A stretch of DNA of 60,475 nucleotides from a virus (IMGVR_UViG_3300025114_000001:1-60475), one strand, 5' to 3'; shown: positions 46,834-56,100, counted from the stretch's first letter. Notes: generated by a model not told the origin, from the letters alone. Made by a program: numbers and translations.

Positions 46834-47256
46834 ATGGAAGGATACAAGCTCAGAAAGGGCGATCTCATAGCAGCTCGCGGCAAGTCAGGACTTATCACAA
46901 AAATAACTCAAAGATATATATATTATTTTCTTGAACAACGCATATGCCGAGTTAAAAAGTCTGCAGTTTGGGAGGCTTATGACACAAGGCCAAATGTGAC
47001 GCTAAGCTATGGCTCACTTAAAAGGAGAAGGTTACAAAGAAAAATGAGAACCCTAGACCTACATGGAGTCACACATACTGAAGCTGAAGAAAAGATAAGA
47101 GTATTTTTCAATTTCGTAGAGATACCCTGCAAAGTCATCACCGGCAAATCAGAAAAAATGAAAGAAATCGTAAAAGGTATCGCGGATCAGTATGAATGGC
47201 ACTGTCACGAAGAGAGCGGGTGGAACACTGGAACACTAGTGGTGACAGAAAAATGA
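46834..47256 (+). CDS. SH3-like plus Smr (small MutS-related) domain protein
   Basis: TLDLHGV..EAEE...KVITGKS...NTGTLVV. Confidence 0.8.
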   Translation: MEGYKLRKGDLIAARGKSGLITKITQRYIYYFLEQRICRVKKSAVWEAYDTRPNVTLSYGSLKRRRLQRKMRTLDLHGVTHTEAEEKIRVFFNFVEIPCKVITGKSEKMKEIVKGIADQYEWHCHEESGWNTGTLVVTEK

Positions 47257-47335
47257 AAGACCACTGGTAATGGCAGAAAACCTACTTTAGTACACCTTTT
47301 ACAAAAAGAAGTTTATTAAAATGAGATAGATACAG

Positions 47336-47345
47336 ACTATTTAAA
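47336..47345 (+). promoter_or_regulatory. Putative late promoter motif ACTATTTAAA
   Basis: CTATTTA core upstream of the lipoprotein gene. Confidence 0.45.
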
Positions 47346-47390
47346 GTGTAGGCCTAGATTTCCTTGGCTTAAACATGTGTAGCTTAAGAG

Positions 47391-47669
47391 ATGTTTAGAG
47401 TAGTAATTTTTTGTTTGTTTCTTACCTCATGCGCTCAAGAAGAAGTGCCAGAGCACAATGCCTGCGACTCATCCCTGTTATCCTCCCAAGAAAATTATTT
47501 GATATGTTACAGTCCAAACTCCCCAGAGCATGGAAGTCTTTGTTCTGAGATTTGTTTGGCTTCTTCAAGCGATCCTGCCCCATATTGCTGGTCGATCACA
47601 AAAGAAGATTGCGAAGGAAAGCTTGACTTTGCTTGGCAACAAGAAAACTGTCATTTTTTTGAAAAATAG
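47391..47669 (+). CDS. Cys-rich lipoprotein
   Basis: Lipobox FLTSC followed by seven further Cys. Confidence 0.65.
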   Translation: MFRVVIFCLFLTSCAQEEVPEHNACDSSLLSSQENYLICYSPNSPEHGSLCSEICLASSSDPAPYCWSITKEDCEGKLDFAWQQENCHFFEK

Positions 47670-47739
47670 TCTTTACTTTTCCTAGAAAATATTGTAATAT
47701 AGAGTATATAACAAATTCAAAAAAAAGATTGCTGCGCTA

Positions 47740-48294
47740 ATGCCCAAGACCCCTGAACTCATAATATATACCGGACCCATGTTCGGGGGAAAAACAACCA
47801 AACTCTTGGCAGCATTGGAAAGATACCAATACCAGAATAAGAGAACGGCTCTTTTTAAACCGAACGCAGAAACCAGATACTCAAAGAGCCGCGTCGTTAC
47901 CCACAAGGGCCAGCAACATAAATCAGTGCTTGTCAAGACGGGCGCAGATATTACAAAGAATGCACTACATGCCGATGTGATCGCGGTAGATGAGATGTTT
48001 ATGATTCCAGGTTCTGCGGCCGCACTCCTCGGCCTTTTTAGTGAAGGTAAAACGGTACTGGTTTCTACCTTGCAGCTATCTTCACACCCGTCAGTCTTAG
48101 AGGAGGTTTCTAAAATAATGCCTTGGGCTACAAATATCGAAATATGCCCCGCCGTGTGCTCTAAATGCGACAAGGATGCTTATTACACTCGAAGGCTATC
48201 CTCCGGTGGCAATTTGGTAGAAGTCGGTGGCCCAGGGGCCTATGAGCCATTATGTTTCCACCATTATTCAGAATTAGAAAATATAAAATTTTGA
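47740..48294 (+). CDS. tdk: Thymidine kinase
   Basis: GPMFGGKTT, FKP, VDE, CSKC zinc site and VEVGG..YEPLCFHH. Confidence 0.92.
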   Translation: MPKTPELIIYTGPMFGGKTTKLLAALERYQYQNKRTALFKPNAETRYSKSRVVTHKGQQHKSVLVKTGADITKNALHADVIAVDEMFMIPGSAAALLGLFSEGKTVLVSTLQLSSHPSVLEEVSKIMPWATNIEICPAVCSKCDKDAYYTRRLSSGGNLVEVGGPGAYEPLCFHHYSELENIKF

Positions 48295-48304
48295 TATTTT
48301 ATTG

Positions 48305-48333
48305 TTGACTTTTAGTCAAAAATGATATATTAT
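48305..48333 (+). promoter_or_regulatory. Sigma70 promoter with palindromic -35 (TTGACT-TTT-AGTCAA)
   Basis: TTGACT-17bp-TATTAT; the -35 box is one arm of a perfect inverted repeat. Confidence 0.7.
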
Positions 48334-48354
48334 ATATAAAGAAATTAAATACTT

Positions 48355-48852
48355 ATGTTCAAAACAAAAGGAGAAACAATGAGTAACATTAATAAAATCC
48401 CTGGAAATGACGAAACAGTCGTAGTCTTATCATATCAGGATCATCACGAAGGCTGGCACTGTACTGGAGATCTCGAAGAGTCAGCAGTATCAGAAACCTG
48501 TACAGCTTCCCAAGTTGCTGGCGTCATTATCAATAACGACCTGAAAGCGACAACTAGTTGGGGCGACGACCTAGCAATTGATGTCTTGAGAGGGCAAGAC
48601 ATGCTAGATAGTTATGAGAGGGGCGAAGAAGATTTTGAATATTTTGTAACCGCCGCCATTAAAGAGAATTTCTGGGAACTTGATGCTATTATCGAGTGTA
48701 ACACTGAGCAATACGATCACAAGAGAGGGCGGTGCACCGTATCCTCGGAGGTCAAGGTGACTTTGGGGAACCTGAAAAAAGCAAGCCACGCTGTATCGGG
48801 CTGGACTGCTAGTGTTGAACATAACGATGGAACATTTTCAATCGACCTATGA
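48355..48852 (+). CDS. Hypothetical protein
   Basis: Acidic ORF with EQYDHKRG motif; probable start at ATG 48379 after an AGGAG RBS. Confidence 0.6.
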   Translation: MFKTKGETMSNINKIPGNDETVVVLSYQDHHEGWHCTGDLEESAVSETCTASQVAGVIINNDLKATTSWGDDLAIDVLRGQDMLDSYERGEEDFEYFVTAAIKENFWELDAIIECNTEQYDHKRGRCTVSSEVKVTLGNLKKASHAVSGWTASVEHNDGTFSIDL

Positions 48853-48909
48853 TTCCCCTCCAATAGATCCCCAAAAATAACAATCTGATTTTCCATACTA
48901 TTTATTAGT

Positions 48910-49110
48910 ATGGAGTTTCAGAAGGGAGACGAAGTCTGGATACTAGACTTTCCTTTTGGCAGGCCCCTGAATGTTAAGGGTGTTGTCATCGGAAAATCAG
49001 GTGATGAGCACTATAATATTTTGATTCAAACGGGAATGCTCGAAGGCGACGTTGTAAAATATAAATATTGGAAGCTTTTTTCCCTTGACGGGGAGAGCGA
49101 TTTAGTGTAA
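48910..49110 (+). CDS. Small SH3/KOW-like protein
   Basis: FQKGDEV...GVVIG; preceded closely by ACTATTTATTAG at 48897. Confidence 0.55.
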   Translation: MEFQKGDEVWILDFPFGRPLNVKGVVIGKSGDEHYNILIQTGMLEGDVVKYKYWKLFSLDGESDLV

Positions 49111-49131
49111 TATTATTATATACTTACTGGA

Positions 49132-49338
49132 TTGGGAATATTGAGTTTTAGCAAAAAACAGTTTTATTTGAACACCCCTGACGGTGATCTAATATTAGCA
49201 GAAATTTTTCAAGAAGAAAAAGCAATTACAATCCTCCTAGGAGGTGAGTATAGAATTGACCTAGATACAGAGTCGGCTCTAGAATTAGCCGACACACTTT
49301 TACTTTTAACAGATGATGAGGGAACTTACGATGAATAA
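49132..49338 (+). CDS. Hypothetical protein
   Basis: Downstream of TTGACG-17bp-TAATAT (49085-49113). Confidence 0.5.
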   Translation: MGILSFSKKQFYLNTPDGDLILAEIFQEEKAITILLGGEYRIDLDTESALELADTLLLLTDDEGTYDE

Positions 49339-49600
49339 CGTTAGAAAAGGAAAAGGCTATGCGTGGAAAGAAAAAACTCCAGGCCCCATGGGCTCGACGC
49401 GCGAGTTGGCTGGCTTCACAGTAGACAACCTAGACAAAAAAGAGATTCTTGAAACAATAAATAACTATGAAAAGATTTTTGTTTTAATAAGAAAAGAACT
49501 TGAAAGAAGTGCGTCCTCCTGTATGGAGGTAGAAGAAGAACGGCTGCAATGCTGCCAAGCTATCACCGACGCGCTCAAAAAGGGAAAACTGATTAGATGA
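49313..49600 (+). CDS. Hypothetical protein
   Basis: Coupled ORF in the accessory operon. Confidence 0.5.
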   Translation: MMRELTMNNVRKGKGYAWKEKTPGPMGSTRELAGFTVDNLDKKEILETINNYEKIFVLIRKELERSASSCMEVEEERLQCCQAITDALKKGKLIR

Positions 49601-49851
49601 TCCGCGGCGAAGAAGTGATGGTTATAGCTGACTATGACTTATTCGACCTGAATATCAAGGGCGAAAAAGGGGCCTATCTTAAGACTGATGAACGATCAGG
49701 AAAACACTTAGTCTATTTCCCTATCTACGGCGAGTGGGCAGAGTTGCCAGATAGCTCAATAAAACAGACGAAGCCTGGAAAAGTATCAAGAAAGAATAAA
49801 AAGTTTATTAGTTTCATAAAAGAAATGCCTATAACCTATGGTACGGATTGA
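49597..49851 (+). CDS. Small SH3-like hypothetical protein
   Basis: IRGEEV...GEKG; coupled ORF. Confidence 0.5.
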   Translation: MIRGEEVMVIADYDLFDLNIKGEKGAYLKTDERSGKHLVYFPIYGEWAELPDSSIKQTKPGKVSRKNKKFISFIKEMPITYGTD

Positions 49852-50036
49852 AGAAAGAACAGCTCAAGAAAAATACAATATTTTATTCAACCAGATTTAA
49901 CTGCTTTGGGCAGTGTCTGGGAGTAAAAGATTTTATGGGCTTCATGATATGGTCTAAGCCCACCGCCCCCATGGGCTGGTATCCCAGCTCAGAATTAATA
50001 TATGATATGTCTGAAATAAAAGATAATATCTCTTGA
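49848..50036 (+). CDS. Hypothetical protein
   Basis: Coupled 62-aa ORF. Confidence 0.45.
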   Translation: MKKEQLKKNTIFYSTRFNCFGQCLGVKDFMGFMIWSKPTAPMGWYPSSELIYDMSEIKDNIS

Positions 50037-50089
50037 CTTTTCCACAAAAATGTAGTAATATAAAGTAGATAAACAATTCGGAAAGAACA

Positions 50090-50260
50090 ATGAAACAAGG
50101 CGATTTAGTTGTTAGCAGAAAAAACATCCCAGGTATTGTAATTAATGCCTTTATTAAAACCATCTTCAATGAAACAGACGCAGTCATGTCTGTCCTCTGG
50201 ACAGGGGAGCAGAAACCAAAGCTGACTCTTGCATCACTGGTAAAAAAGGTGAACTCTTGA
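50090..50260 (+). CDS. Small SH3/KOW-like protein (not in the ORF track)
   Basis: MKQGDLVVSRKNIPGIVI..., 56 aa, downstream of TTGACT-17bp-TAATAT (50033-50061). Confidence 0.6.
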   Translation: MKQGDLVVSRKNIPGIVINAFIKTIFNETDAVMSVLWTGEQKPKLTLASLVKKVNS

Positions 50261-50934
50261 GCCCTTTTGAACAAAAATATGATCAGAAAGATATAGACAG
50301 GTTTATTAGTAGAGCCCATAAATACTTTACTGATAGGGAACATGCCTTTTTGCAATCAATCAGGCAGCAGCTTGAAAAAAATCATCAACTATCTTACAGT
50401 CAAGAAAAGTGGATAGGGGCGATTATGTCTAAATATAGCAAATCCGCCCTCAAGATCGAGTCTGATTGGGCAGCTAATTTTTCATCTCAACACCGAGCCA
50501 TCGCGATTCAAGTTGCAAACTACTATAATGCCAACCCTCCTTACTACGGAAACATCGCGATGGATGTGTTAGCATCGCCGGAAACATTTGTGCTTTCAAA
50601 ATCCACATGGGATAAATTTTGTGAAAATAAGTATGCTCTGAAAATTAGAGATATGTATCTTGCACCTTTGAAATTCTCCGCATCCGACTGTATTAAAATA
50701 CGCTCGACCAACAGAATCGACCTGGCTAACGCATGGGACCCAAAATACTCCAATCGGCGCGCCTGCCGGCTTGAAGCAGGCAAGATAGGGTTTATATTAG
50801 AAACTGATGTAAAACCCGTTACAAGGGCAGCAAAGGGGTCTAGAGTGTATAAGATACTACTTACTGGTGAAACCAAACCAATTTTCGCCCATGAATCGGA
50901 TTTAAAGAGAAATAGACAATGCCCACAAAAATAA
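50257..50934 (+). CDS. Hypothetical protein
   Basis: 225 aa; FLQSIRQQL...LS..Q N-terminus and SH3-like C-terminus (AAKGSRVY...HESDLK). Confidence 0.65.
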   Translation: MSPFEQKYDQKDIDRFISRAHKYFTDREHAFLQSIRQQLEKNHQLSYSQEKWIGAIMSKYSKSALKIESDWAANFSSQHRAIAIQVANYYNANPPYYGNIAMDVLASPETFVLSKSTWDKFCENKYALKIRDMYLAPLKFSASDCIKIRSTNRIDLANAWDPKYSNRRACRLEAGKIGFILETDVKPVTRAAKGSRVYKILLTGETKPIFAHESDLKRNRQCPQK

Positions 50935-51290
50935 AGCATATCTCATTTTTTTATAATGATGAGAGACATATCGTGATGCCAAATTCTAGTGGCTATTTTA
51001 TCATGAAAAGATCTTATGTTAGAAAATCGTCAAGAGCCGTACTGGGTCCCATGAGTGCCCATCAGCTCATGAGGTCACCGATTGTGAGAAATGGTGATCC
51101 TGTCATAACTCTACTTTCTGGAGAGAAAATAAGAATATATCAAGGAGGAGATCCAGCTGGTATACTTACCCGACCAAGGGCAATCCTAGAAGCCCATGAC
51201 GCTGTTCTTAAAAAGAGAAAAGGACATATTTTCAAGACTAAATTGCCATTTCCTGGAGAAGAGTTTTTTAAGGATTTTCCGGAATGGTAG
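50919..51290 (+). CDS. Hypothetical protein
   Basis: Overlapping operon ORF. Confidence 0.5.
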   Translation: MPTKIKHISFFYNDERHIVMPNSSGYFIMKRSYVRKSSRAVLGPMSAHQLMRSPIVRNGDPVITLLSGEKIRIYQGGDPAGILTRPRAILEAHDAVLKKRKGHIFKTKLPFPGEEFFKDFPEW

Positions 51291-51475
51291 GGGTAGGTGA
51301 TTTGGTCTATATTGTTGCCTCAAAACAGTTGCAACCTTTGCCCAACTCAACAAAGGGCATCGTTTTTTCACAAATAGATGAAGATTGGTTTCGAGTTTAT
51401 GTGTCGTGGGACATAAGCACAAGGGTTCAAGATTTCCCGCGGTGGATGCTACAAAAGGTAGGAGAGAAAACATGA
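51284..51475 (+). CDS. Small SH3/KOW-like protein
   Basis: VGVGDLVY...GIVF. Confidence 0.55.
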   Translation: MVGVGDLVYIVASKQLQPLPNSTKGIVFSQIDEDWFRVYVSWDISTRVQDFPRWMLQKVGEKT

Positions 51476-51681
51476 AATTAGGTGACTTGGTCGAACTTTC
51501 GGCCTATGGAAGCAAAAGACAGTATAATGATTCCATAAAACATAGGGATAAATTCGGCCTGGTTGTTCAAAAAGGAAATCATGTTTTGGGTTGGTGGCGA
51601 ATCCGCTGGTTTCCTTCTAACAGACTAGTCAACCACTATCGAAATGAAGTAAAAATTGTTAAATTGAAAAAAAAGCCTTGA
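51472..51681 (+). CDS. Small SH3/KOW-like protein
   Basis: MKLGDLVELSAYG...GLVV; real start probably ATG 51472 after AGGAG. Confidence 0.6.
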   Translation: MKLGDLVELSAYGSKRQYNDSIKHRDKFGLVVQKGNHVLGWWRIRWFPSNRLVNHYRNEVKIVKLKKKP

Positions 51682-51712
51682 CATTGTTTTATTAATATGG
51701 TATAAATAAAGA

Positions 51713-51937
51713 ATGAGACAAAAATTTGACATCGGAGATCTTGTGCAAGTGACTCACCCCGAAGGCCGGTCAGGCATTATCTTAGAGGCCAGATTAATAA
51801 ACGCGCATATGATTGACCCAGAGAAACAATTCTGGCACCCTGAAGAATACAACTGTAAGGTGCAGTTTTTACACGATTCCAAATCTTCTTGGGTCCGAGC
51901 AAAATGGCTTAAACATTTATCTAAAATAAGTGAATAA
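51713..51937 (+). CDS. Small SH3/KOW-like protein
   Basis: FDIGDLV...GIIL; promoter TTGACA-17bp-TATAAA at 51678-51706. Confidence 0.6.
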   Translation: MRQKFDIGDLVQVTHPEGRSGIILEARLINAHMIDPEKQFWHPEEYNCKVQFLHDSKSSWVRAKWLKHLSKISE

Positions 51938-52006
51938 AATCATTGACTTACACCCCTAATCGTGATATAGTATATATACACAATAACAATTGAAAGAAAA
52001 TTTATT

Positions 52007-52876
52007 ATGAGCTGGAACGGAACAGTCCATTGTGGCTACTGCGGAACCCGAGGTCACAACAGAACTAGCTGCCTTGAGCGTAAGAGATACGTCCGTGAGC
52101 AACCGGATTCATTCGAGGCGAAGATGTATGAACGAGAACAAGCGCGGCGTGAGGCGATGATTATTCATCGAGCGTGCTCCTACTGCAAGCAGACCAATCA
52201 TAACAGGCGCAGCTGCAAAGTTTTGAAAGAGGATAAGAACCTCATTTCCAAAAGGCAACAAGCTTACCGTGACGAGTTTTTGTTAGCAATGACTTCTGCC
52301 GGCTTCGGCATCGGGTCGCTGGTAAAGGTCCCGAGAGGTTCCAGCCGCCTTCATCCACCCGACCGCGCATTAGAGTCAGCCTGGGAAAGAGGAACCGTGG
52401 AGATGGTGGTCGATATTAGTTGGCACGAGATCGACTTTACACTGAAGGATACGAATACCACCAACAATCATATCAAGCGCGACCGCAGGATCGTTAAAAC
52501 TAGAATTGTTGGTCTTTTCGGCTACGCTGTAGACGACTCGTCGCAATATAACCCAAAACAGAATGATCGTTCTTCGCTGTCCATGGCGCAGTTGGTCAAT
52601 ATTCTTGAACCTGTATTTAGTCCGGAGTGGCTCGACGGTCGAGCCACCGCCCACGAAAAAATATGGACAGCCCTTCTCATCGGCCCAGTTAAGACTATAC
52701 CAGCACCGCCGGCACATGTGCCACTCATCACTTCTGCACTTAATCGGGATTTTAATTTGAACCCGCGGCGACGAGCCGACGACTGGGAAAAACGCCGCAC
52801 ACCACTTGACGACCATAAGTGGAGTATGGTTAGAAAATCTGAATATGAAAAAGCAAGGTTAGAATATCACAGATGA
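52007..52876 (+). CDS. Double CCHC zinc-knuckle protein
   Basis: CGYCGTRGHNRTSC and CSYCKQTNHNRRSC; promoter TTGACT-17bp-TATAGT at 51943-51971. Confidence 0.75.
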   Translation: MSWNGTVHCGYCGTRGHNRTSCLERKRYVREQPDSFEAKMYEREQARREAMIIHRACSYCKQTNHNRRSCKVLKEDKNLISKRQQAYRDEFLLAMTSAGFGIGSLVKVPRGSSRLHPPDRALESAWERGTVEMVVDISWHEIDFTLKDTNTTNNHIKRDRRIVKTRIVGLFGYAVDDSSQYNPKQNDRSSLSMAQLVNILEPVFSPEWLDGRATAHEKIWTALLIGPVKTIPAPPAHVPLITSALNRDFNLNPRRRADDWEKRRTPLDDHKWSMVRKSEYEKARLEYHR

Positions 52877-53076
52877 AGTTAGACCCCTTTGAACTCCACC
52901 CTGATGTTGAGCCACAAGAAAAAAAACCCAATAATATCTTGACTTTAGAGCAGATTTGTGATATTATAGATATAGAAATTAAAGAAGTCGAGGGCCTACC
53001 CCCTAATCCTTGGGGGTTCACTCGCGACGATATTATAGAAGCACTAGAAAAAGTTAAAGAGAAAATAGAAAAGTAA
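52873..53076 (+). CDS. Hypothetical protein
   Basis: Coupled 67-aa ORF. Confidence 0.5.
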   Translation: MKLDPFELHPDVEPQEKKPNNILTLEQICDIIDIEIKEVEGLPPNPWGFTRDDIIEALEKVKEKIEK

Positions 53077-53670
53077 ATGTCAAAAGTATTAGCAAACAAT
53101 GTCTATAAGATGAGGAACGAAGAACTTATCGGCCTCGCCAAGAACAGGTTTCTGCCGGCAAATGTGCAACTTGCAATCGCCAAGTTTGGCTACCGCCGCG
53201 CTCATGAATATTTAACATACAATCTAGGTCTGGACAAGAAAGTCAGAGACTACCTGTGGTCTGATGAGTGCAACAAGGGATACGTCCTTAAGACTTCTCT
53301 GCTTGCTTATGGGCACTACAAGGACGACCCATCAAAATACTGGGATCTCTATACTCGCTATCCTTCCGCTTGGGGTCGATCGCCCTGGAGAATGAGCCAA
53401 GCTTTATTTGGGGGCTATCTTTATGCCCGCGCCCGCGGGTCCGCTGCTCCATCTGACCTCCTAAACAAGATTTATGATGATAACTTCGATGACCGCGGCC
53501 CTAAACTCCATGGAGAAGTAATGCATTATTGGGGACCAACGAAGTATCAACTAAGCAGATTAGCTCAGAATCCAAATGTAGATTTGGTTTTAGCAATCAA
53601 ACTATCGCAGCGACCCGAAGAAAATATCAAACGTCTCGGCTTCGCAAAAATCGTAGAACTTTCAAAATAA
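53077..53670 (+). CDS. Helical-repeat (LRV/HEAT-like) protein
   Basis: LAKNRFLP and LAQNPNV..LAIKLS repeats. Confidence 0.5.
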   Translation: MSKVLANNVYKMRNEELIGLAKNRFLPANVQLAIAKFGYRRAHEYLTYNLGLDKKVRDYLWSDECNKGYVLKTSLLAYGHYKDDPSKYWDLYTRYPSAWGRSPWRMSQALFGGYLYARARGSAAPSDLLNKIYDDNFDDRGPKLHGEVMHYWGPTKYQLSRLAQNPNVDLVLAIKLSQRPEENIKRLGFAKIVELSK

Positions 53671-53686
53671 AAAGATTAAAAAGGTA

Positions 53687-53715
53687 TTGACACTCAGACT
53701 GAGTTGTGCTATACT
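53687..53715 (+). promoter_or_regulatory. Sigma70 promoter with inverted repeat in the spacer
   Basis: TTGACA-17bp-TATACT with extended TG; ACTCAG-A-CTGAGT at 53692-53704. Confidence 0.75.
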
Positions 53716-53774
53716 ATTTATATACAGTAGAAGAGTAACTAACCAATAACTGCTAACAACTAAGGAGACCCCCA

Positions 53775-54839
53775 ATGGCAGTTGATTTTAAGACATTCTC
53801 AAGTATCGTTGACCACGTAACCGCAGTCCGCAAGCCAGTCTTGCTCCGCGGAAGGCATGGCATCGGCAAATCCACCGTTGTCTACCAATACGCTAATAGT
53901 ATTGGAATGCCCGTTGTCGAACGACGAGCATCACAAATGACAGAAGGCGACCTAGTCGGTCTTCCAGTCATTGAAGGCAACAGTACCAAGTTTAATCCAC
54001 CAGACTGGTTCAAGACTGCCTGTGACAATCCCGTCATTCTTTTCTTGGACGAGGTAGACAGGGCAACCCTTGAGGTCCGACAGGGCATTTTCGAGCTAAC
54101 AGACAGCCGCAAATTGAACGGGCACCGTTTACACGAGGACACCTTAGTCTTTGCAGCCGTCAACGGCGGCGAGCATGGCTCTCAATACCAGGTCGGCGAA
54201 ATGGACCCTGCCGAGCTTGACCGTTGGACAGTATTTGATCTTGAACCTAGCGTCGAGGATTGGCTAACTTGGGCCAAGGATGAAGGTATTTCGGAAACTA
54301 CGTGGGACTTCATCAATCAGAACCGTGTTCACTTAGAGCACTCCGATGACTTCGAGCCCAACAAGGTTTATCCAAGCCGCCGCAGCTGGGAACGCCTAGA
54401 CGTCTGTCTGGCAAAAGCTAGTCTTCTTGAAGAGGCCAGCCCCACACTATACAGCTTGACATCGGCCTTCGTCGGATTTGAAGCCGCCGTCGCCTTTAAC
54501 GATTTCGTAGCAAACTATGATAGGCAAGTTACTGTTGAGGATATTTTGGTACACGGAAACTTCTCCAAGGTTTCGGACTTCGGTATTAACGACCACACTG
54601 CACTTATTGATAAGTTCGAGGCAGCAGACTGCTTCAAGGAAGAGCTGGACCAGGATAGGGTAGACAATCTTGCCAGATATTTCATCATGCTCCCTTCAGA
54701 GGTCGCAATGAAACTTTGGTCAGTCATGGGCAATGGAAATCTCAACAACACGATTAAGTTACACCAGGCTGATGTCAACGGCGATTCAGTTTCGGATTAC
54801 CTCGTAAAGATCCTCGCAGGGGATAACAACGGAGAATAA
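53775..54839 (+). CDS. MoxR-like AAA+ ATPase
   Basis: Walker A GRHGIGKS, Walker B LFLDEVDR, AAVN and MDPAELDRW. Confidence 0.9.
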   Translation: MAVDFKTFSSIVDHVTAVRKPVLLRGRHGIGKSTVVYQYANSIGMPVVERRASQMTEGDLVGLPVIEGNSTKFNPPDWFKTACDNPVILFLDEVDRATLEVRQGIFELTDSRKLNGHRLHEDTLVFAAVNGGEHGSQYQVGEMDPAELDRWTVFDLEPSVEDWLTWAKDEGISETTWDFINQNRVHLEHSDDFEPNKVYPSRRSWERLDVCLAKASLLEEASPTLYSLTSAFVGFEAAVAFNDFVANYDRQVTVEDILVHGNFSKVSDFGINDHTALIDKFEAADCFKEELDQDRVDNLARYFIMLPSEVAMKLWSVMGNGNLNNTIKLHQADVNGDSVSDYLVKILAGDNNGE

Positions 54840-54842
54840 GTC

Positions 54843-56081
54843 ATGGCTGACTTCGACCTAAACATTCACACGGCTCGTCTTCTTATGGACGAACCTTTCT
54901 TCGCTGCCATTTCCAGGAGGATTGACAAGAGAGCCAGCCACGCAATTCCCACAGCCGGTGTTATGGTTAACCCAGACACCGCGCAGTTTGAAATGCTTTA
55001 TAACCCTGACTTTTTTGAAAAGCTGACCGACCTTGAACGCGCTGATGTGCTCAAACACGAGTTTTATCATATCACCTTTCTACACGTAACTGACAGGATG
55101 CCAGAAGGTGTAAAGCCACAACTATGGAATATTGCAGCAGATTTAGCAATAAACTCTCACCTTTCCAACTTGCCAGAACGCGGCCTGATTCCAGGTGAAG
55201 GCCCATTCAAAGATCTCCCACGCGGCAAAAGTGCCGAGTGGTACTTAGCACAAATGCCAGGGGTCAAACCCGGCCCTGACGAGGGTGAAGAGGGTGAAGA
55301 GGGTGAAAAGGGCGAGCCAGGACAAGCAGGAGCACCAGGGCAAGAAGGTAAAGGCAAGGGAAAGAGTATGTCCGACCTTGCAGAAGAAGATATGCCCGAC
55401 ACCCTCGATGATCATTCCGGCTGGGGCAAGTGCAGCCAGGAGATGAAGGATATGGCGAAGGAGCGGCTGAAAGATATTATTCGCAAAGCCGGCGAGGATT
55501 GTGCCAAGAACAATAGTTGGGGTTCTGTATCCGCCGATTGTAAAAGGAAAATTATGAAGGTTCTGGATACAAAAGTCGATTGGAAAAAGGTTCTTCGTTA
55601 CTTTGTAAAAACCAGCCAAAGAGCAAACAGGTCCAGTTCGATCAAGCGCATCAATCGTAGATATGCTTATATCCACCCTGGAAAGCGTTCTAATCGAGTT
55701 GCTCGCGTTGCAATTTCCATTGACCAGTCTGGTTCCGTCAGTGACCAGTTACTTTCAAGGTTTTTTGCAGAGCTTAATAAGCTGTCAGAGATAGCAGAAT
55801 TTGTTGTAATACCTTTTGATACTCATGTTGAAGAGAGCCTGGTTTATACTTGGAAGAGGGGCCAGACAAAAGCTACCGAACGTGTATTACACGGCGGCAC
55901 TTGTTTCGACGCACCGACTGATTATGTAAATAAGAACAACTTCGATGGCCACATTATCCTCACTGATATGTGTGCCCCGAAGCCACAGTCGAGCAAGTGT
56001 CAGCGTATGTGGATGACCACAACAGAGTTTGCCACCAGGCCATATTTTGAGACAAAAGAAAGAGTAGTCGTGGTTGACTAA
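54843..56081 (+). CDS. Metallopeptidase plus VWA domain protein (DUF2201-like)
   Basis: IPTAGV, LKHEFYH (HExxH), WNIAADLAIN, MIDAS DQSGSV, GGTCF and LTD. Confidence 0.88.
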   Translation: MADFDLNIHTARLLMDEPFFAAISRRIDKRASHAIPTAGVMVNPDTAQFEMLYNPDFFEKLTDLERADVLKHEFYHITFLHVTDRMPEGVKPQLWNIAADLAINSHLSNLPERGLIPGEGPFKDLPRGKSAEWYLAQMPGVKPGPDEGEEGEEGEKGEPGQAGAPGQEGKGKGKSMSDLAEEDMPDTLDDHSGWGKCSQEMKDMAKERLKDIIRKAGEDCAKNNSWGSVSADCKRKIMKVLDTKVDWKKVLRYFVKTSQRANRSSSIKRINRRYAYIHPGKRSNRVARVAISIDQSGSVSDQLLSRFFAELNKLSEIAEFVVIPFDTHVEESLVYTWKRGQTKATERVLHGGTCFDAPTDYVNKNNFDGHIILTDMCAPKPQSSKCQRMWMTTTEFATRPYFETKERVVVVD

Positions 56082-56100
56082 GGCAGCCACATTGTAAAAC

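Noticed and set aside
55281-55340. GAGGGTGAA x3 repeat and collagen-like G-x-y stretch
   Set aside because: This is the ordinary low-complexity linker of DUF2201-type proteins.
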